64,000 nt of DNA from Paracoccaceae bacterium (GCA_003332035.1 QOQI01000002.1:31949-95948), one strand, 5' to 3'. Counted from the stretch's first letter, positions 29,517 to 40,151 are shown. Notes: generated from the sequence alone by a model not told the origin. Program-made: numbers and translations.

Positions 29517-30215
29517 TTATTCAATTATATTTGTTTCTTGTAAAAATTTTAATAGTTGTGGGGAGATATATTCAACAACTACCCGCACTCCATTTGGGTT
29601 TGGGTGCAATCCATCCGCTTGTAAGAGGTGCATAACATCTTTGCCTTTTGAAACTTCATCAAGCAATGGCTTTAAATAACTATCAATATAAGCGATATTT
29701 TTTTCTTCCGCGAGATCTGTAAAAATAGCGTCGAAAATTGATTTGTATTCCTCACCATAATTTCCAGGTGCGTATGTCCCAATTAAAAGAACTGGAACTT
29801 TATTACCTTGAGCTATATCAATCATCGCCGATAGGTTTTCCTTAGTTATTTCTGGCGGAAAACCACGTAGAACATCATTGGAACCAAGGGCGACTATCAC
29901 TGCTGATATATCCTCCGTTAAAGACCAAGACAGCCTTTCTAAACCACCTGCTGTTGTGTCACCTGAAACTCCTCCATTAATAAAGCTGACCGCTGTACCG
30001 TTATTGGAGAACCAATTTGATAACTGATTAACGAGCCCCTCTTCCTCAGGCAAACCAAATCCATGAGTAATACTATCGCCCAAGATAAAAACTTTTGGGT
30101 CGGAATAACAAAAAGTTGGCGCCGTTAATATGATCAGATGAATAATGGCCTTGTACAGCAAACTTTTTGCTTCATATCTACTTACACAACAAAAATTTTT
30201 CAGGTTATTTATCAT
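29517..30215 (-). CDS. Arylesterase/acyl-CoA thioesterase I (SGNH, TesA-like)
   Basis: GDSIT, GVSGDTT, LGSND and DGLHP blocks; start uncertain. Confidence 0.88.
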   Translation of the reverse strand: MINNLKNFCCVSRYEAKSLLYKAIIHLIILTAPTFCYSDPKVFILGDSITHGFGLPEEEGLVNQLSNWFSNNGTAVSFINGGVSGDTTAGGLERLSWSLTEDISAVIVALGSNDVLRGFPPEITKENLSAMIDIAQGNKVPVLLIGTYAPGNYGEEYKSIFDAIFTDLAEEKNIAYIDSYLKPLLDEVSKGKDVMHLLQADGLHPNPNGVRVVVEYISPQLLKFLQETNIIE

Positions 30216-30888
30216 GCAAAGGCCCTCAATTTTATTTGAAAATGTTTCACTATCTTTAGACGGTAATGCTGGGATTGTAGATATACTAAAGGGTATTTCA
30301 ATTGATATTCAAGAAGGTGAAAGTATTGGTATCGTCGGCCCTTCAGGATCTGGCAAGTCTTCCTTGCTGATGCTTATGGGTGGATTAGAACGAATTACGA
30401 GTGGTAAAATAAACTTACTGGGCCAAAATCTTCACGAAATGAATGAGAATAAGCTAGCAAGTTTTAGAAGAACCAATGTTGGAATAATTTTCCAGTCATT
30501 CCACCTTATTCCAACAATGACTGCACTGGAAAATGTTGCAATCCCATTAGAATTAAACGGAAATAAAGATGCTTTTGATCTTGCAGAAAAGGCACTAACA
30601 AAAGTTGGGCTCAAAAATAGACTTTCACATTTTCCTTCGCAATTGTCAGGTGGTGAGCAACAAAGAACAGCTCTTGCCCGAGCAGTGATCGCAAGCCCTA
30701 AAATTTTATTAGCAGACGAACCAACTGGAAACTTAGATTATGAAAACGGAAAGATAGTAGCCGACTACTTATTCGAGCTTCATAGTGAAAACAACGCTAC
30801 GCTAGTGTTGGTTACTCATGATTTAGAATTAGCAAACAGGTGTGAAAGAAAAATCAAAATCTCTGACGGTGAAATATTTACTCAATGA
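30214..30888 (+). CDS. ABC transporter ATP-binding protein (YbbA-like)
   Basis: GPSGSGKS, LSGGEQQR and ADEPTGNLD motifs; start trimmed to MQRP. Confidence 0.9.
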   Translation: MQRPSILFENVSLSLDGNAGIVDILKGISIDIQEGESIGIVGPSGSGKSSLLMLMGGLERITSGKINLLGQNLHEMNENKLASFRRTNVGIIFQSFHLIPTMTALENVAIPLELNGNKDAFDLAEKALTKVGLKNRLSHFPSQLSGGEQQRTALARAVIASPKILLADEPTGNLDYENGKIVADYLFELHSENNATLVLVTHDLELANRCERKIKISDGEIFTQ

Positions 30889-33422
30889 AAATTTTCCAAG
30901 AACTTCAAATTTCTTGGCAAATAGCTAGGAGAGAAATACGAAACGGTATTTCAGGGTTTCGGATTCTAATAGCTTGTTTAGTCCTGGGTGTTGCCACAAT
31001 AACAATTATTGGCTCAATAAAAAGTGGGATTGAAAAGGGGCTTATTGAAGAAGGGGCTCTCTTATTGGGTGGTGATGCCGAGGCTGAATTCACATACCGA
31101 TTTGCAAATCTAGCTGAGCTTAATTGGCTAGAAAGTAAAGCAACGAAAATAAGTGAAGTAGTAGATTTTCGTTCAATGTTGTTTGTCGAAGGTGAAATAA
31201 ATGAACGGGCTCTAACTCAAGTAAAAGCTGTCGATAAAAATTATCCACTAATGGGTAAAGTAAATCTGTATTCTTATGAAAATCTCTCTGAAGCACTACA
31301 GAAAGAAAAAGGAGTTCCCGGAGCAGTTATTGAGCAAATCTTAGTAGATCGATTAGGCTTAAAGCTTGGGGATACGTTTAAGTTAGGGCAGACAAAATTT
31401 TATCTTGGAGGGGTTATTAAATCAATTCCAGATAGTGGTAGCGATGGATTTGGATTGGGACCAAGATCAATTGTTTATAAGGACGACCTCGAAGGTTCAG
31501 GCCTTCTCGCACCGGGAACACTTTTTTCAACTAAATATCGTCTGAATCTGAAAGAAACAGCAGACTTGGATTTACTTTCAGAAAATGCATCAGAAAAATT
31601 TGAGAAAACCGGAATGCGTTGGAAAGATGCACGCAATGCTGCTCCTGGTATAAATGAGTTTGTAGAAAGGCTAGAAACTTTTTTGGTACTCGTTGGTCTT
31701 TCAGGTTTGATAGTCGGAGGCGTTGGCATTGCTGCATCTGTAAGAAGTTACCTTCTTGTAAAAACAAGCACGATAGCAACACTTAGAAGCATAGGCGCAA
31801 CGAATAATATTATTTTTCAAACTTACTTTTTACAGATAATAATTTTTTCATTTTTAGGTATCCTAATTGGTGGTTGTTTGGGAAGCATCGGGCCTTTTTT
31901 ACTCGGAAAATGGCTTACCGCCAGTATTCCTATACCAATAAAGATCAGTATTTATTTTAAACCTATTTTAGAAGCCATTATTTATGGTCTACTCACTTCA
32001 ATAGCGTTTTCTTTGTGGCCTTTATCAAGTATCGAAAATATTAACTCTTCGGAGTTATTTAGAAATGAGACTGAAACTAAATTTAGGCTTCCGCGTTTTC
32101 AGTATCTTACTACTATTTCAGTAATTGTACTTTCGTTGATTGCTTTGGCGGCCTATTTTACAGGATCAATTAAGCTTACACTTTGGACCGCTTTTGCAAT
32201 TAGTTCTTCCTTCCTTTGCTTGATATTTGTGGCTGCTGCAATCCGAATCGGCACTCAGAAACTTAGAATTAAATTAAGACGCAATCCGAAACTACGTTGG
32301 GCTCTTTCGGCGATTACAGGACCAAAAGAGGGCGCAATAATTGTTATCTTATCGATAGGTATTGGTTTATCCGTATTATCCAGTATTGGCCAAATTAGTG
32401 GAAACATAAGAGCGGCAATCCAACAAGATTTACCTGATGTGGCTCCATCATATTTTTTCATCGACATCCAAAAATCACAAATGCCAGAGTTTCGTCAAAT
32501 TATGGAGGCAAATAAAGATGTAACCTCTTTCGATGAAGCTCCCATGATCAGGGGTATAATATCAAAGATCAATGGTATTTCCGCAAAAGAGTTTGCAGGC
32601 GAACATTGGGTTCTTAGTGGGGACCGTGGTATTACTTACTCAAAGGCGCCGCTAGAGCGAAGTAAAATAACTGAAGGTATTTGGTGGGAGCCAGAATATA
32701 AGGGACCTGCTCAAATAAGTTTTTCTGATGAAGAAGGCAAAGAAATGGGCTTATCCCTCGGAGATGAATTGACGGTCAATATTATGGGCAGAGATATTAA
32801 TGCGACCATTACAAGCTTTAGAGACGTTGATTTTTCAACTGCCGGTATAGGCTTCATAATGTCAATGAATCCTCATGCCTTAGAAAGCGCACCACATTCA
32901 TTTATTTCAACCGTTTATGCAAAACCAAAAGCCGAGGCGGAGTTGCTCCGGAAAGTAGCAAGCAAATTTCCAAATATTACTGCTGTAAGAATTAAAGAAG
33001 CCATAGCTCAAGTCTCTAGCATTCTTTCTTCTATTTCATCTGTGATTTTATATGGAGCAACAACAACAATACTAACTGGATTTTTGGTCTTAATTGGAAC
33101 TGCAGCATCAACTGAGAAAGCAAGAAAGTATGAGGCTGCAATTTTGAAGGCAGTCGGAGCGAGTAAAGCATCAATTTTGTTTAGTTTTGCACTCCGGTCA
33201 ATGTTACTTGGTGGCGTAGCGGGAATAGTCGCGTTAACGATTGGTATTTTAGGAGCCTGGGCCGTTTGCAAATATCTAATGGGAACCGAATTCTCCATAA
33301 TATGGCTAAATGCATTTTTAGTTATTGTTGGGGGTGTGCTAGCAAATATTTTTGCAAGTTTGTACTTTTCAATTAGAGCTATGCGCACTAGCACGTCTTC
33401 CGTACTCCGTTCAGAATACTAA
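30885..33422 (+). CDS. ABC transporter permease (YbbP/FtsX-like)
   Basis: Two FtsX-like repeats; LLGGD and PSYFFIDIQ motifs; ATGA overlap with the ATPase gene. Confidence 0.88.
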   Translation: MKIFQELQISWQIARREIRNGISGFRILIACLVLGVATITIIGSIKSGIEKGLIEEGALLLGGDAEAEFTYRFANLAELNWLESKATKISEVVDFRSMLFVEGEINERALTQVKAVDKNYPLMGKVNLYSYENLSEALQKEKGVPGAVIEQILVDRLGLKLGDTFKLGQTKFYLGGVIKSIPDSGSDGFGLGPRSIVYKDDLEGSGLLAPGTLFSTKYRLNLKETADLDLLSENASEKFEKTGMRWKDARNAAPGINEFVERLETFLVLVGLSGLIVGGVGIAASVRSYLLVKTSTIATLRSIGATNNIIFQTYFLQIIIFSFLGILIGGCLGSIGPFLLGKWLTASIPIPIKISIYFKPILEAIIYGLLTSIAFSLWPLSSIENINSSELFRNETETKFRLPRFQYLTTISVIVLSLIALAAYFTGSIKLTLWTAFAISSSFLCLIFVAAAIRIGTQKLRIKLRRNPKLRWALSAITGPKEGAIIVILSIGIGLSVLSSIGQISGNIRAAIQQDLPDVAPSYFFIDIQKSQMPEFRQIMEANKDVTSFDEAPMIRGIISKINGISAKEFAGEHWVLSGDRGITYSKAPLERSKITEGIWWEPEYKGPAQISFSDEEGKEMGLSLGDELTVNIMGRDINATITSFRDVDFSTAGIGFIMSMNPHALESAPHSFISTVYAKPKAEAELLRKVASKFPNITAVRIKEAIAQVSSILSSISSVILYGATTTILTGFLVLIGTAASTEKARKYEAAILKAVGASKASILFSFALRSMLLGGVAGIVALTIGILGAWAVCKYLMGTEFSIIWLNAFLVIVGGVLANIFASLYFSIRAMRTSTSSVLRSEY

Positions 33423-33497
33423 ACTTAGTCACTTTGTGCTACATCATTGCTAAACAAATTTGAAAAGCGCAATCTTAAGCTTGGTAAAATAATTAAT

Positions 33498-34487
33498 CTA
33501 CCAAGGGTCAACAAAATTTGCTGGAAGCAGTAACCCTAAATCTCGTGATGTTTGAATATCTTTTTTTCTTCTCTCGCCCGGCAAGCGAACTCCCTCTACC
33601 TCTTCGATATTGAGTAATAATTTTTCTAAACGATTAAAAAAGGAGCCTTTATCTTTTCCTGGATCTATAAACATTAGAAACTGGCCTACACCTGGCGGAT
33701 CACCATCGGGATCGAGAAATGAACTGGCTTCATTACTCGGCCTACCACCAGAAAATGATGCGGCTAATATTTCAACCATAAGGGCCAATGCACTGCCTTT
33801 AGCTTCTCCAATGGGCAACATTGATCCTTTTAAAGCTAGATCAGGATCAGTCGTTGGATTTCCTGAACTGTCCAGCGCCCACCCTTCGGGTATTTTAGTA
33901 TTCACCTTTTTTGCATGCATTATTTTTCCACGGGCAACCTTGGATAAAGATAAATCTATAACTAAAGGATCTTTTGTTATTCGTGGAACTGAAAAAGCTA
34001 TTGGATTTGTGCCGAAAAATGGATCTTTGCCGCCCCAAGGAGCAATTGCCTTAGGTGTGTTTGCCATCATTAACCCGATTAGACCCCGATTAGCTATTTT
34101 TTCGACCTGCACAGAAAGAGCGCCGCAATGATGCGAATTAAAAATTGATACTACAGCACTCCCATATTCTTTTGCAATTGAAGCACCTTCAGAAATAGCC
34201 TGATCAAGAGCAGGATATGCAAAGCCATAATCAGCATCTATTGATATAGAAGCTGGCTTAGGATGTTCTATTTTAATTTCAGCATTTACGTTGATTTTCT
34301 TTGATTTAACTTGAGCGATATAATCTTTGACTCGCGAAAACCCATGACCAACCTGACCCTCGGCCTCCGCGGCAACGAGAGCCGTTGAAACTGATGCGGC
34401 AACATCTTCTTTTACGCCATTTTTAAGGAATACTTCTTTTACTAACTGTTCAGCTTCAGAAATTGAAACCCTGGTCTCTAAAGTCAT
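33498..34487 (-). CDS. comC: Ldh_2 family oxidoreductase, probable (2R)-3-sulfolactate dehydrogenase (ComC-like)
   Basis: GHGFSR, SHHCG, GTNPIAF and KGSALALMVE motifs. Substrate inferred from its position after suyAB. Confidence 0.65.
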   Translation of the reverse strand: MTLETRVSISEAEQLVKEVFLKNGVKEDVAASVSTALVAAEAEGQVGHGFSRVKDYIAQVKSKKINVNAEIKIEHPKPASISIDADYGFAYPALDQAISEGASIAKEYGSAVVSIFNSHHCGALSVQVEKIANRGLIGLMMANTPKAIAPWGGKDPFFGTNPIAFSVPRITKDPLVIDLSLSKVARGKIMHAKKVNTKIPEGWALDSSGNPTTDPDLALKGSMLPIGEAKGSALALMVEILAASFSGGRPSNEASSFLDPDGDPPGVGQFLMFIDPGKDKGSFFNRLEKLLLNIEEVEGVRLPGERRKKDIQTSRDLGLLLPANFVDPW

Positions 34488-34507
34488 TTGAAACCTCTTG
34501 TTAATAA

Positions 34508-34526
34508 GTGGCTGCAAAGCAGCCAC
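34508..34526 (-). terminator. Hairpin between suyB and comC (weak terminator or stabiliser)
   Basis: GTGGCTGC-AAA-GCAGCCAC, an 8-bp perfect stem followed by TTATT on the minus strand. Confidence 0.5.
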
Positions 34527-34540
34527 CAAACTTATCTCAC

Positions 34541-35722
34541 CTAAGCACTTCTATAAAGTTTTGTCATAGAAAATTCACGGTGACCAAGTGCTTCTGCCGC
34601 AGTGTTTCTACCATTTGCTGTTCTTCGGATCATATCTATGAGAGCATCTCCTGCTTCGTCGATTGTTTGATCTCGTCTAAGAATTCCAGATACATCAACA
34701 TCAATATGTTCGCCCATGGTTCTAACAGTTCTTGGATTAGCTGTTATTTTGATCACTGGTACAATCGGGTTTCCTACTACATTGCCCTGCCCTGTCGGAA
34801 ATGTATGTATAACAGCTCCGCCTGCTGCCATAAGGGTCACACATTCTGCAGCTGCTGATGAGCTATCCATAAAATACAAACCTTTTCCTGAGTTGGGTTG
34901 TTCTGCGGGATCTAAAATATCTATGTATTGAGATGTTCTGCCGATTTTTTCTAAATTACCCAAAGCTTTCTCTTCAATCGTCGTTAACCCACCAAGTATG
35001 TTACCCTTGGTCGGCTGACTGTCAGAAAGATCATCCGTTTGATGCGCAAAAATAACATCATCTTGGTAAGCCTTCCACATCTTATACCAACGCTCACCGA
35101 CTTCCTCATTGATGGCTCGCTTTTGACAAATATGTTCAGCACCGGTTATTTCTGATGTTTCCCCGAAAAATCCAGTAATTCCTTCTGGTAAAAGTTTGTC
35201 ATACATGTTGCCAACCGTAGGACATGAACCCAAGCCTGTCGTCGTATCACTCTCGCCACATTTCGTAGAAACCCAGAGTTCTGAAATAGAACATTCTTCT
35301 CGCTGTATCTCAGTCGCTTTGTGAACAAAATCTTTCGCAGCCCAACTAGCTGCCCTTATCGTTTCAAAGTCACCTTTTTGCTCAATTGAGAATTCCGCAA
35401 CTTCTTTACCTGTCTCACGAATTCCATCAGCAATTCGCTTTGTCCAATCAGGTTCAATTCCAATTACAACCACTGAATGAATATTTGCATTACTGCCAGT
35501 ACCGATCATTGTACGGAAATGTACTTCCAGATCTTCCCCAAATTGCAGCCGGCCATATGCATGAGGAATTGCCATAGTTCCTTTTACATTATTAGCCACA
35601 GCTTCACATGCCGCATTTGAAATGTCGTCAACTGGGAGTATCAAAACATGATTTCTTACGCCAACACGCCCATTTTCTCTACGAAAACCCTTAACAGTTA
35701 TATTTGAATATTTTGATGCCAT
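34541..35722 (-). CDS. suyB: (2R)-sulfolactate sulfo-lyase beta subunit (UxaA family)
   Basis: [21 protein letters not shown] and [12 protein letters not shown] motifs; paired with a small SAF subunit; hps context. Confidence 0.88.
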   Translation of the reverse strand: MASKYSNITVKGFRRENGRVGVRNHVLILPVDDISNAACEAVANNVKGTMAIPHAYGRLQFGEDLEVHFRTMIGTGSNANIHSVVVIGIEPDWTKRIADGIRETGKEVAEFSIEQKGDFETIRAASWAAKDFVHKATEIQREECSISELWVSTKCGESDTTTGLGSCPTVGNMYDKLLPEGITGFFGETSEITGAEHICQKRAINEEVGERWYKMWKAYQDDVIFAHQTDDLSDSQPTKGNILGGLTTIEEKALGNLEKIGRTSQYIDILDPAEQPNSGKGLYFMDSSSAAAECVTLMAAGGAVIHTFPTGQGNVVGNPIVPVIKITANPRTVRTMGEHIDVDVSGILRRDQTIDEAGDALIDMIRRTANGRNTAAEALGHREFSMTKLYRSA

Positions 35723-35732
35723 TTCTCTTTCC

Positions 35733-36023
35733 TTACCAGCGTTTGGTTTTGCAATTGTGTGTATGAACGTGTTCGCCTTTAGGGATATCGGCTATTACTT
35801 TCCCAATATCTTCCCCGTATTTAACTGCTGTGTCACCGTCCTTTAAATCTTTAAGGGCTATCTTGTGCCCAATTGGTACATCTGCACCCGCAGTAAGCGT
35901 AAAAGTTGAATTGTCGTGGGTCACACAACAAAACATTTCAGTTCCAGCCGTTAAGCCTTCAACCACAACAACACCAACATTATCTTCATGATCGTGTACT
36001 AAAAGATGCGGTATGTTCGACAT
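35733..36023 (-). CDS. suyA: (2R)-sulfolactate sulfo-lyase alpha subunit (SAF domain)
   Basis: [20 protein letters not shown] and [13 protein letters not shown] motifs. Confidence 0.88.
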   Translation of the reverse strand: MSNIPHLLVHDHEDNVGVVVVEGLTAGTEMFCCVTHDNSTFTLTAGADVPIGHKIALKDLKDGDTAVKYGEDIGKVIADIPKGEHVHTHNCKTKRW

Positions 36024-36040
36024 ATTTTTCTCCTATTTTA

Positions 36041-37021
36041 TTAACAATTTGGGCTTAGTAAAACTTTTGGAGAGGCTATTTTACCCTCTCTGATTTCTCT
36101 AAAAGCTGTATTTCCTTCTGACAGCGGTCTTCGCTCAATCCAATCTAAGGGACCTAAGCGACCATCAAAAATCGCTTGAGCAGTATCCATAAAATCTCCT
36201 GCAGTATACGTATAGGTTCCAATGAAGCTGACTTCTTGCAGGGTTATTCGCCTCACATCAATTCCACCAGTATCTTCACCTAATCCTATATGCGTAATAA
36301 CTCCTCCAGGCGATACTTTTGCAGATGCTATTTCACGAGTTTTTTTAAATCCCACTGCATCTACTACAATTGAGAAAAATTGATCAACTTTTTCAACGGA
36401 AATTACGTGACATTTATCATTAAGATATTTTCTGCGAATAGAATTTGGTTCGACTATTATTATGTTTTCAATTCCCATTGCCTTAAATGCTAAAGCAGAT
36501 GCCAAACCTATCGCGCCTCCTCCTACAATTAATACGCTTCTATCCATACTCGGATGCAGAGCCTCAATAGCCAATCTGGCAGCATGCCAACTAACCGCCA
36601 ATGGTTCTGTTAAAGCAGCTTTGTCTAAAGAAATATTAGAAGGAACCTTTACTAAATTTGTTTCGGGAACTGCTACCATCTCTGCAAAAGTACCTTCACG
36701 TGGGGCCATTGAAATGATTTGACGGTTTGGACATATATTTTCACGTCCAGCCTTACATGCCTGGCAATTCATGCAGGTTACAAGCGGGTTAATTGTGACT
36801 CTTTCGCCATCACGATCACCACCAGAAATTATTCCCGATGCCTCATGACCCAATATCAAAGGAGCTGGTCTACGTGCATCGTGACCAAGGTAAGCATGCA
36901 TATCGGAGCCACATATCCCGGCACTATCAACATTTATTAACTGCTCCTTAGAATTTACTGTAGGATCTGCAACTTCACAAAAATCTAATTTTTCCTCTCC
37001 AACATAGACTAGCGCTTTCAT
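36041..37021 (-). CDS. hpsP: Zn-dependent alcohol dehydrogenase, probable DHPS 2-dehydrogenase
   Basis: CGSD, GHE and structural-Zn Cys cluster; follows hpsN-hpsO. Confidence 0.75.
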   Translation of the reverse strand: MKALVYVGEEKLDFCEVADPTVNSKEQLINVDSAGICGSDMHAYLGHDARRPAPLILGHEASGIISGGDRDGERVTINPLVTCMNCQACKAGRENICPNRQIISMAPREGTFAEMVAVPETNLVKVPSNISLDKAALTEPLAVSWHAARLAIEALHPSMDRSVLIVGGGAIGLASALAFKAMGIENIIIVEPNSIRRKYLNDKCHVISVEKVDQFFSIVVDAVGFKKTREIASAKVSPGGVITHIGLGEDTGGIDVRRITLQEVSFIGTYTYTAGDFMDTAQAIFDGRLGPLDWIERRPLSEGNTAFREIREGKIASPKVLLSPNC

Positions 37022-37779
37022 TTTGCAGTAAACCCCCCATCTACCATTAGCACCTGACCAGTGACGTAACTAGAAGCTTCAGAGCAAAGAAATAGTAGAG
37101 GGCCATCTAGATCTTCCATCTCCCCATTTCTGCCAATACACGTCTGTTCGGCATTTCTTTTGGATCGCTCTGCATCTTCAAAAACTATTTGAGTTAATTC
37201 TGTGGGGAAAAAGCCCGGACCAATGGCATTAACGCAAATGCCGTGAGACGACCAGGCTTCGGCCATTGCTCTTGTCAGCTGTCCAATAGCACCCTTTGAA
37301 GCACCATATGCTATACCGCCAGGAAATGCCCTAGTGGTTTGTACCGATGCAAAATTTACAATTCTTCCCCAGCCTTTCTTTTTCATTTCAGAAACAAGGA
37401 GCTGGGATAAAAAGAATGGGGTCGATAGATTTAATGAAATCGTTTGATCCCATCCAAGATCGGTCACCTCATCAGCCGTTTGCCGAGTATTAACTCCAGC
37501 TGCGTGAACTAGAATATCTGGTGGACCAAACTTGCTATTTATTTCCAAACACAAGTCTGCCAATCGTCCGCGATCAGAAATATCAGCAGATATATAAGAA
37601 AAATTTTCTCCCAACTCCAAAGCTAAAGTTTCCAATACCTCTGTTCGCCGAGCCACGCCGACAACTTTAGCCCCAGCGACAGCAAGTACCTCGGCTGCGC
37701 GACGGCCCAACCCAGAACTTGCACCCGTCACAACAGCGACTTTTCCCCCAAGATTAAATAAAGAATCAAATCTATCCAT
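37018..37779 (-). CDS. hpsO: SDR, probable DHPS 2-dehydrogenase
   Basis: TGASSGLG and YGASK motifs; sits between hpsN and hpsP. Confidence 0.75.
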   Translation of the reverse strand: MDRFDSLFNLGGKVAVVTGASSGLGRRAAEVLAVAGAKVVGVARRTEVLETLALELGENFSYISADISDRGRLADLCLEINSKFGPPDILVHAAGVNTRQTADEVTDLGWDQTISLNLSTPFFLSQLLVSEMKKKGWGRIVNFASVQTTRAFPGGIAYGASKGAIGQLTRAMAEAWSSHGICVNAIGPGFFPTELTQIVFEDAERSKRNAEQTCIGRNGEMEDLDGPLLFLCSEASSYVTGQVLMVDGGFTAK

Positions 37780-39079
37780 TAGCAGTTAAATCAAACTCCT
37801 CGTTAGGAAAAAACTTAGCCAAACGGACGTCAGCAGCCCTTGCATGACCCTCCATTCCCTCCAATCGAGAAATCCTAGCTGTTGCTTCAGCAATCGATTT
37901 TGACCCCTCTCTTGTTGCTCTTTGATATGTCACTATCTTCATATATTTGTGGACGCTCAAACCACCAGTATAATTAGCAGCTCTTGAAGTGGGCAAAACA
38001 TGGTTGGTTCCAGCGGCTTTGTCACCATAAGAAACAGTTGTTTCCTCACCCAAAAATAATGAACCATAACAGGTCAGACGTTCAAGCCACCAATCAAGAT
38101 CATCAGCCTGAACTGTAAGGTGTTCAGGCGCATATTCATCAGAGCAAGCAGCCATTTCTTCTCTATTTTCGCAAACAATTACTTCAGCGTAATCCCTCCA
38201 AGCCGCAGCTGCATTATCACGATTAGTTTCAGGAAGATCATCTATTAACTTTGGAACTAAGTTCATAACTTTACTTGCTAAAGCTTCATTGTCGGTAACT
38301 AACCAAACTGGTGAATTATAGCCATGTTCAGCCTGCGAAACTAAATCAGTAGCGACTATAAAAGGATCTGCATTACAGTCTGCTAAAATCAAACTATCTG
38401 TAGGCCCCGCTATCATATCTATTCCCACTCGCCCAAATAAGATGCGTTTTGCTTCCGCTACAAACTGGTTGCCGGGACCAACTAGAATATTGGCCTGTGG
38501 TAATCCAAACAAACCATATGTCATAGAAGCAATCCCCTGGACACCGCCCATGGCCATTATTTTGTCAGCACCACAGACATGTGCTGCATAAACAATGGCT
38601 GGAGCGACGCCAACATTCGGTTTTGGCGGTGAACACGCTGTTATAAATTTACACCCAGCAACTTTTGCAGTTGTCACAGTCATAATGGCGCTAGCAATAT
38701 GACTATAGCGACCACCAGGAACATAACACCCAGCTGCATCAACAGGGATGATCTTTTGGCCTGTAACAAATCCAGGATGAATTTCAATTTCAGTGTTTTT
38801 TAATGTTTCTTTCTGCTTTTCCGCAAACCGTTTCACATTATCATGCGCAAACTGAATATCCTTTTTAAGCTTAGCCGGAACTAACTCACTCGCTGCTTTT
38901 ATTTCTTCATCTGTTAAAATTATATTCCCTTGGTATTTATCAAATTTTGAGGCGTACTCCTTAGCTTTTGAATCACCGCCAGCTTCTATATCTGTGAGAA
39001 TATTTTTTACCGTTTCATGAACCTCTGAGGCATTCGATTTTGCTGTAAGTTGTGCCTTCTTAAGGTATATTCGTGACAT
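37772..39079 (-). CDS. hpsN: Sulfopropanediol (DHPS) 3-dehydrogenase, HisD paralogue
   Basis: HisD fold (GPGN, AGPTD, SQAEH, APEHL) with GDK where HisD has GDY; sulfonate operon context. Confidence 0.85.
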   Translation of the reverse strand: MSRIYLKKAQLTAKSNASEVHETVKNILTDIEAGGDSKAKEYASKFDKYQGNIILTDEEIKAASELVPAKLKKDIQFAHDNVKRFAEKQKETLKNTEIEIHPGFVTGQKIIPVDAAGCYVPGGRYSHIASAIMTVTTAKVAGCKFITACSPPKPNVGVAPAIVYAAHVCGADKIMAMGGVQGIASMTYGLFGLPQANILVGPGNQFVAEAKRILFGRVGIDMIAGPTDSLILADCNADPFIVATDLVSQAEHGYNSPVWLVTDNEALASKVMNLVPKLIDDLPETNRDNAAAAWRDYAEVIVCENREEMAACSDEYAPEHLTVQADDLDWWLERLTCYGSLFLGEETTVSYGDKAAGTNHVLPTSRAANYTGGLSVHKYMKIVTYQRATREGSKSIAEATARISRLEGMEGHARAADVRLAKFFPNEEFDLTANG

Positions 39080-39094
39080 ATTTGTGTCTCCTGT

Positions 39095-40147
39095 TTAGAG
39101 CGACTGCTCTTTTTTGTTATAGCGAACGGATGAAAACAGAGATAATCCAATGATTATTGCTCCGATAGCTCCAGTAATAGTTTCGGGAACTTCAATTATA
39201 GATTGAGCAAACATTATGATCGAAAGAGCAAAGATTGAGTAAAAAGCACCATGCTCAAGATATCGAAACTGCTGTAGCGTTCCTTTTTCGACTAACATAA
39301 TAGTCATCGCGCGAACATACATCGCACCGATCCCAAGACCTATGGCTATTAAAATAATGTTTGTCGTTAATGCAAAAGCTCCAATGACACCATCAAATGA
39401 AAAACTAGCATCAAGTACTTCCAAGTATAAAAATGCTCCTAGACCACCTCGAGCACCCATGTTGGATGCACTATTTGAATAGTTATCAAGGAAACTTCCT
39501 AGTCCATCCACAAGAGTGAAGATCAATAAACCAGAAACGGCTGAAAGAAGAAATGAAGCTTGCTGATTTTCATGAACTACCTGGGACATGATTGAAATAA
39601 TTATTAAGACAATTGCGATGTCGAAGCCTCGTATTGAACCCCACGTTCGCAAATTTTTTTCTAAACCGACGATCCAATCAACTGATTTATCCTTATCTAT
39701 AAAAAACTTAAGTGAAACCATTATCAAAAAGGTTCCTCCGAAAGCAGCAATTGAACTATGTGATTGATGAATAATGTGAGAATACTCGTCGGGATCTGAA
39801 AGAGCTAAGTGGACCGCAGCAAAAGGATTTATCCAAGCGAAAGTCGCAACAATTGCTACTGGAAAAACTATACGCATCCCAAAAACCGCAATTAGTATCC
39901 CCCAAGTTAAGAACCTCTGGCGCCAGATAGGGGTCATCTCAACTAACTTGTTGGCATTCACTATTGCATTATCAAAAGACAGAGCAATCTCTAGTGCAGC
40001 CAGAACTGTTCCTACTAGCAAAAATGAAAAAACTGCACTTAGTGTTTTCTCTGTTTCCCAGCCCAACCAAGCTGACAATACCAGGCCAATAAAAGTAACA
40101 ATTAAAGGCCACTTTAGATAGGAGACTACAGATCTTTTTTGAGACAT
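39095..40147 (-). CDS. DUF475 / TerC-clan integral membrane protein
   Basis: LEIALSFDNA, LEVLDASFSFDGVIGAFA and YLEHGA motifs; start trimmed to MSQK. Confidence 0.85.
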   Translation of the reverse strand: MSQKRSVVSYLKWPLIVTFIGLVLSAWLGWETEKTLSAVFSFLLVGTVLAALEIALSFDNAIVNANKLVEMTPIWRQRFLTWGILIAVFGMRIVFPVAIVATFAWINPFAAVHLALSDPDEYSHIIHQSHSSIAAFGGTFLIMVSLKFFIDKDKSVDWIVGLEKNLRTWGSIRGFDIAIVLIIISIMSQVVHENQQASFLLSAVSGLLIFTLVDGLGSFLDNYSNSASNMGARGGLGAFLYLEVLDASFSFDGVIGAFALTTNIILIAIGLGIGAMYVRAMTIMLVEKGTLQQFRYLEHGAFYSIFALSIIMFAQSIIEVPETITGAIGAIIIGLSLFSSVRYNKKEQSL

Positions 40148-40151
40148 AGGT

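Noticed and set aside
37772-39079. hisD (histidinol dehydrogenase), given the other his genes in the window
   Set aside because: The GDK motif and its position among hpsO/hpsP/suyAB indicate the HpsN paralogue.
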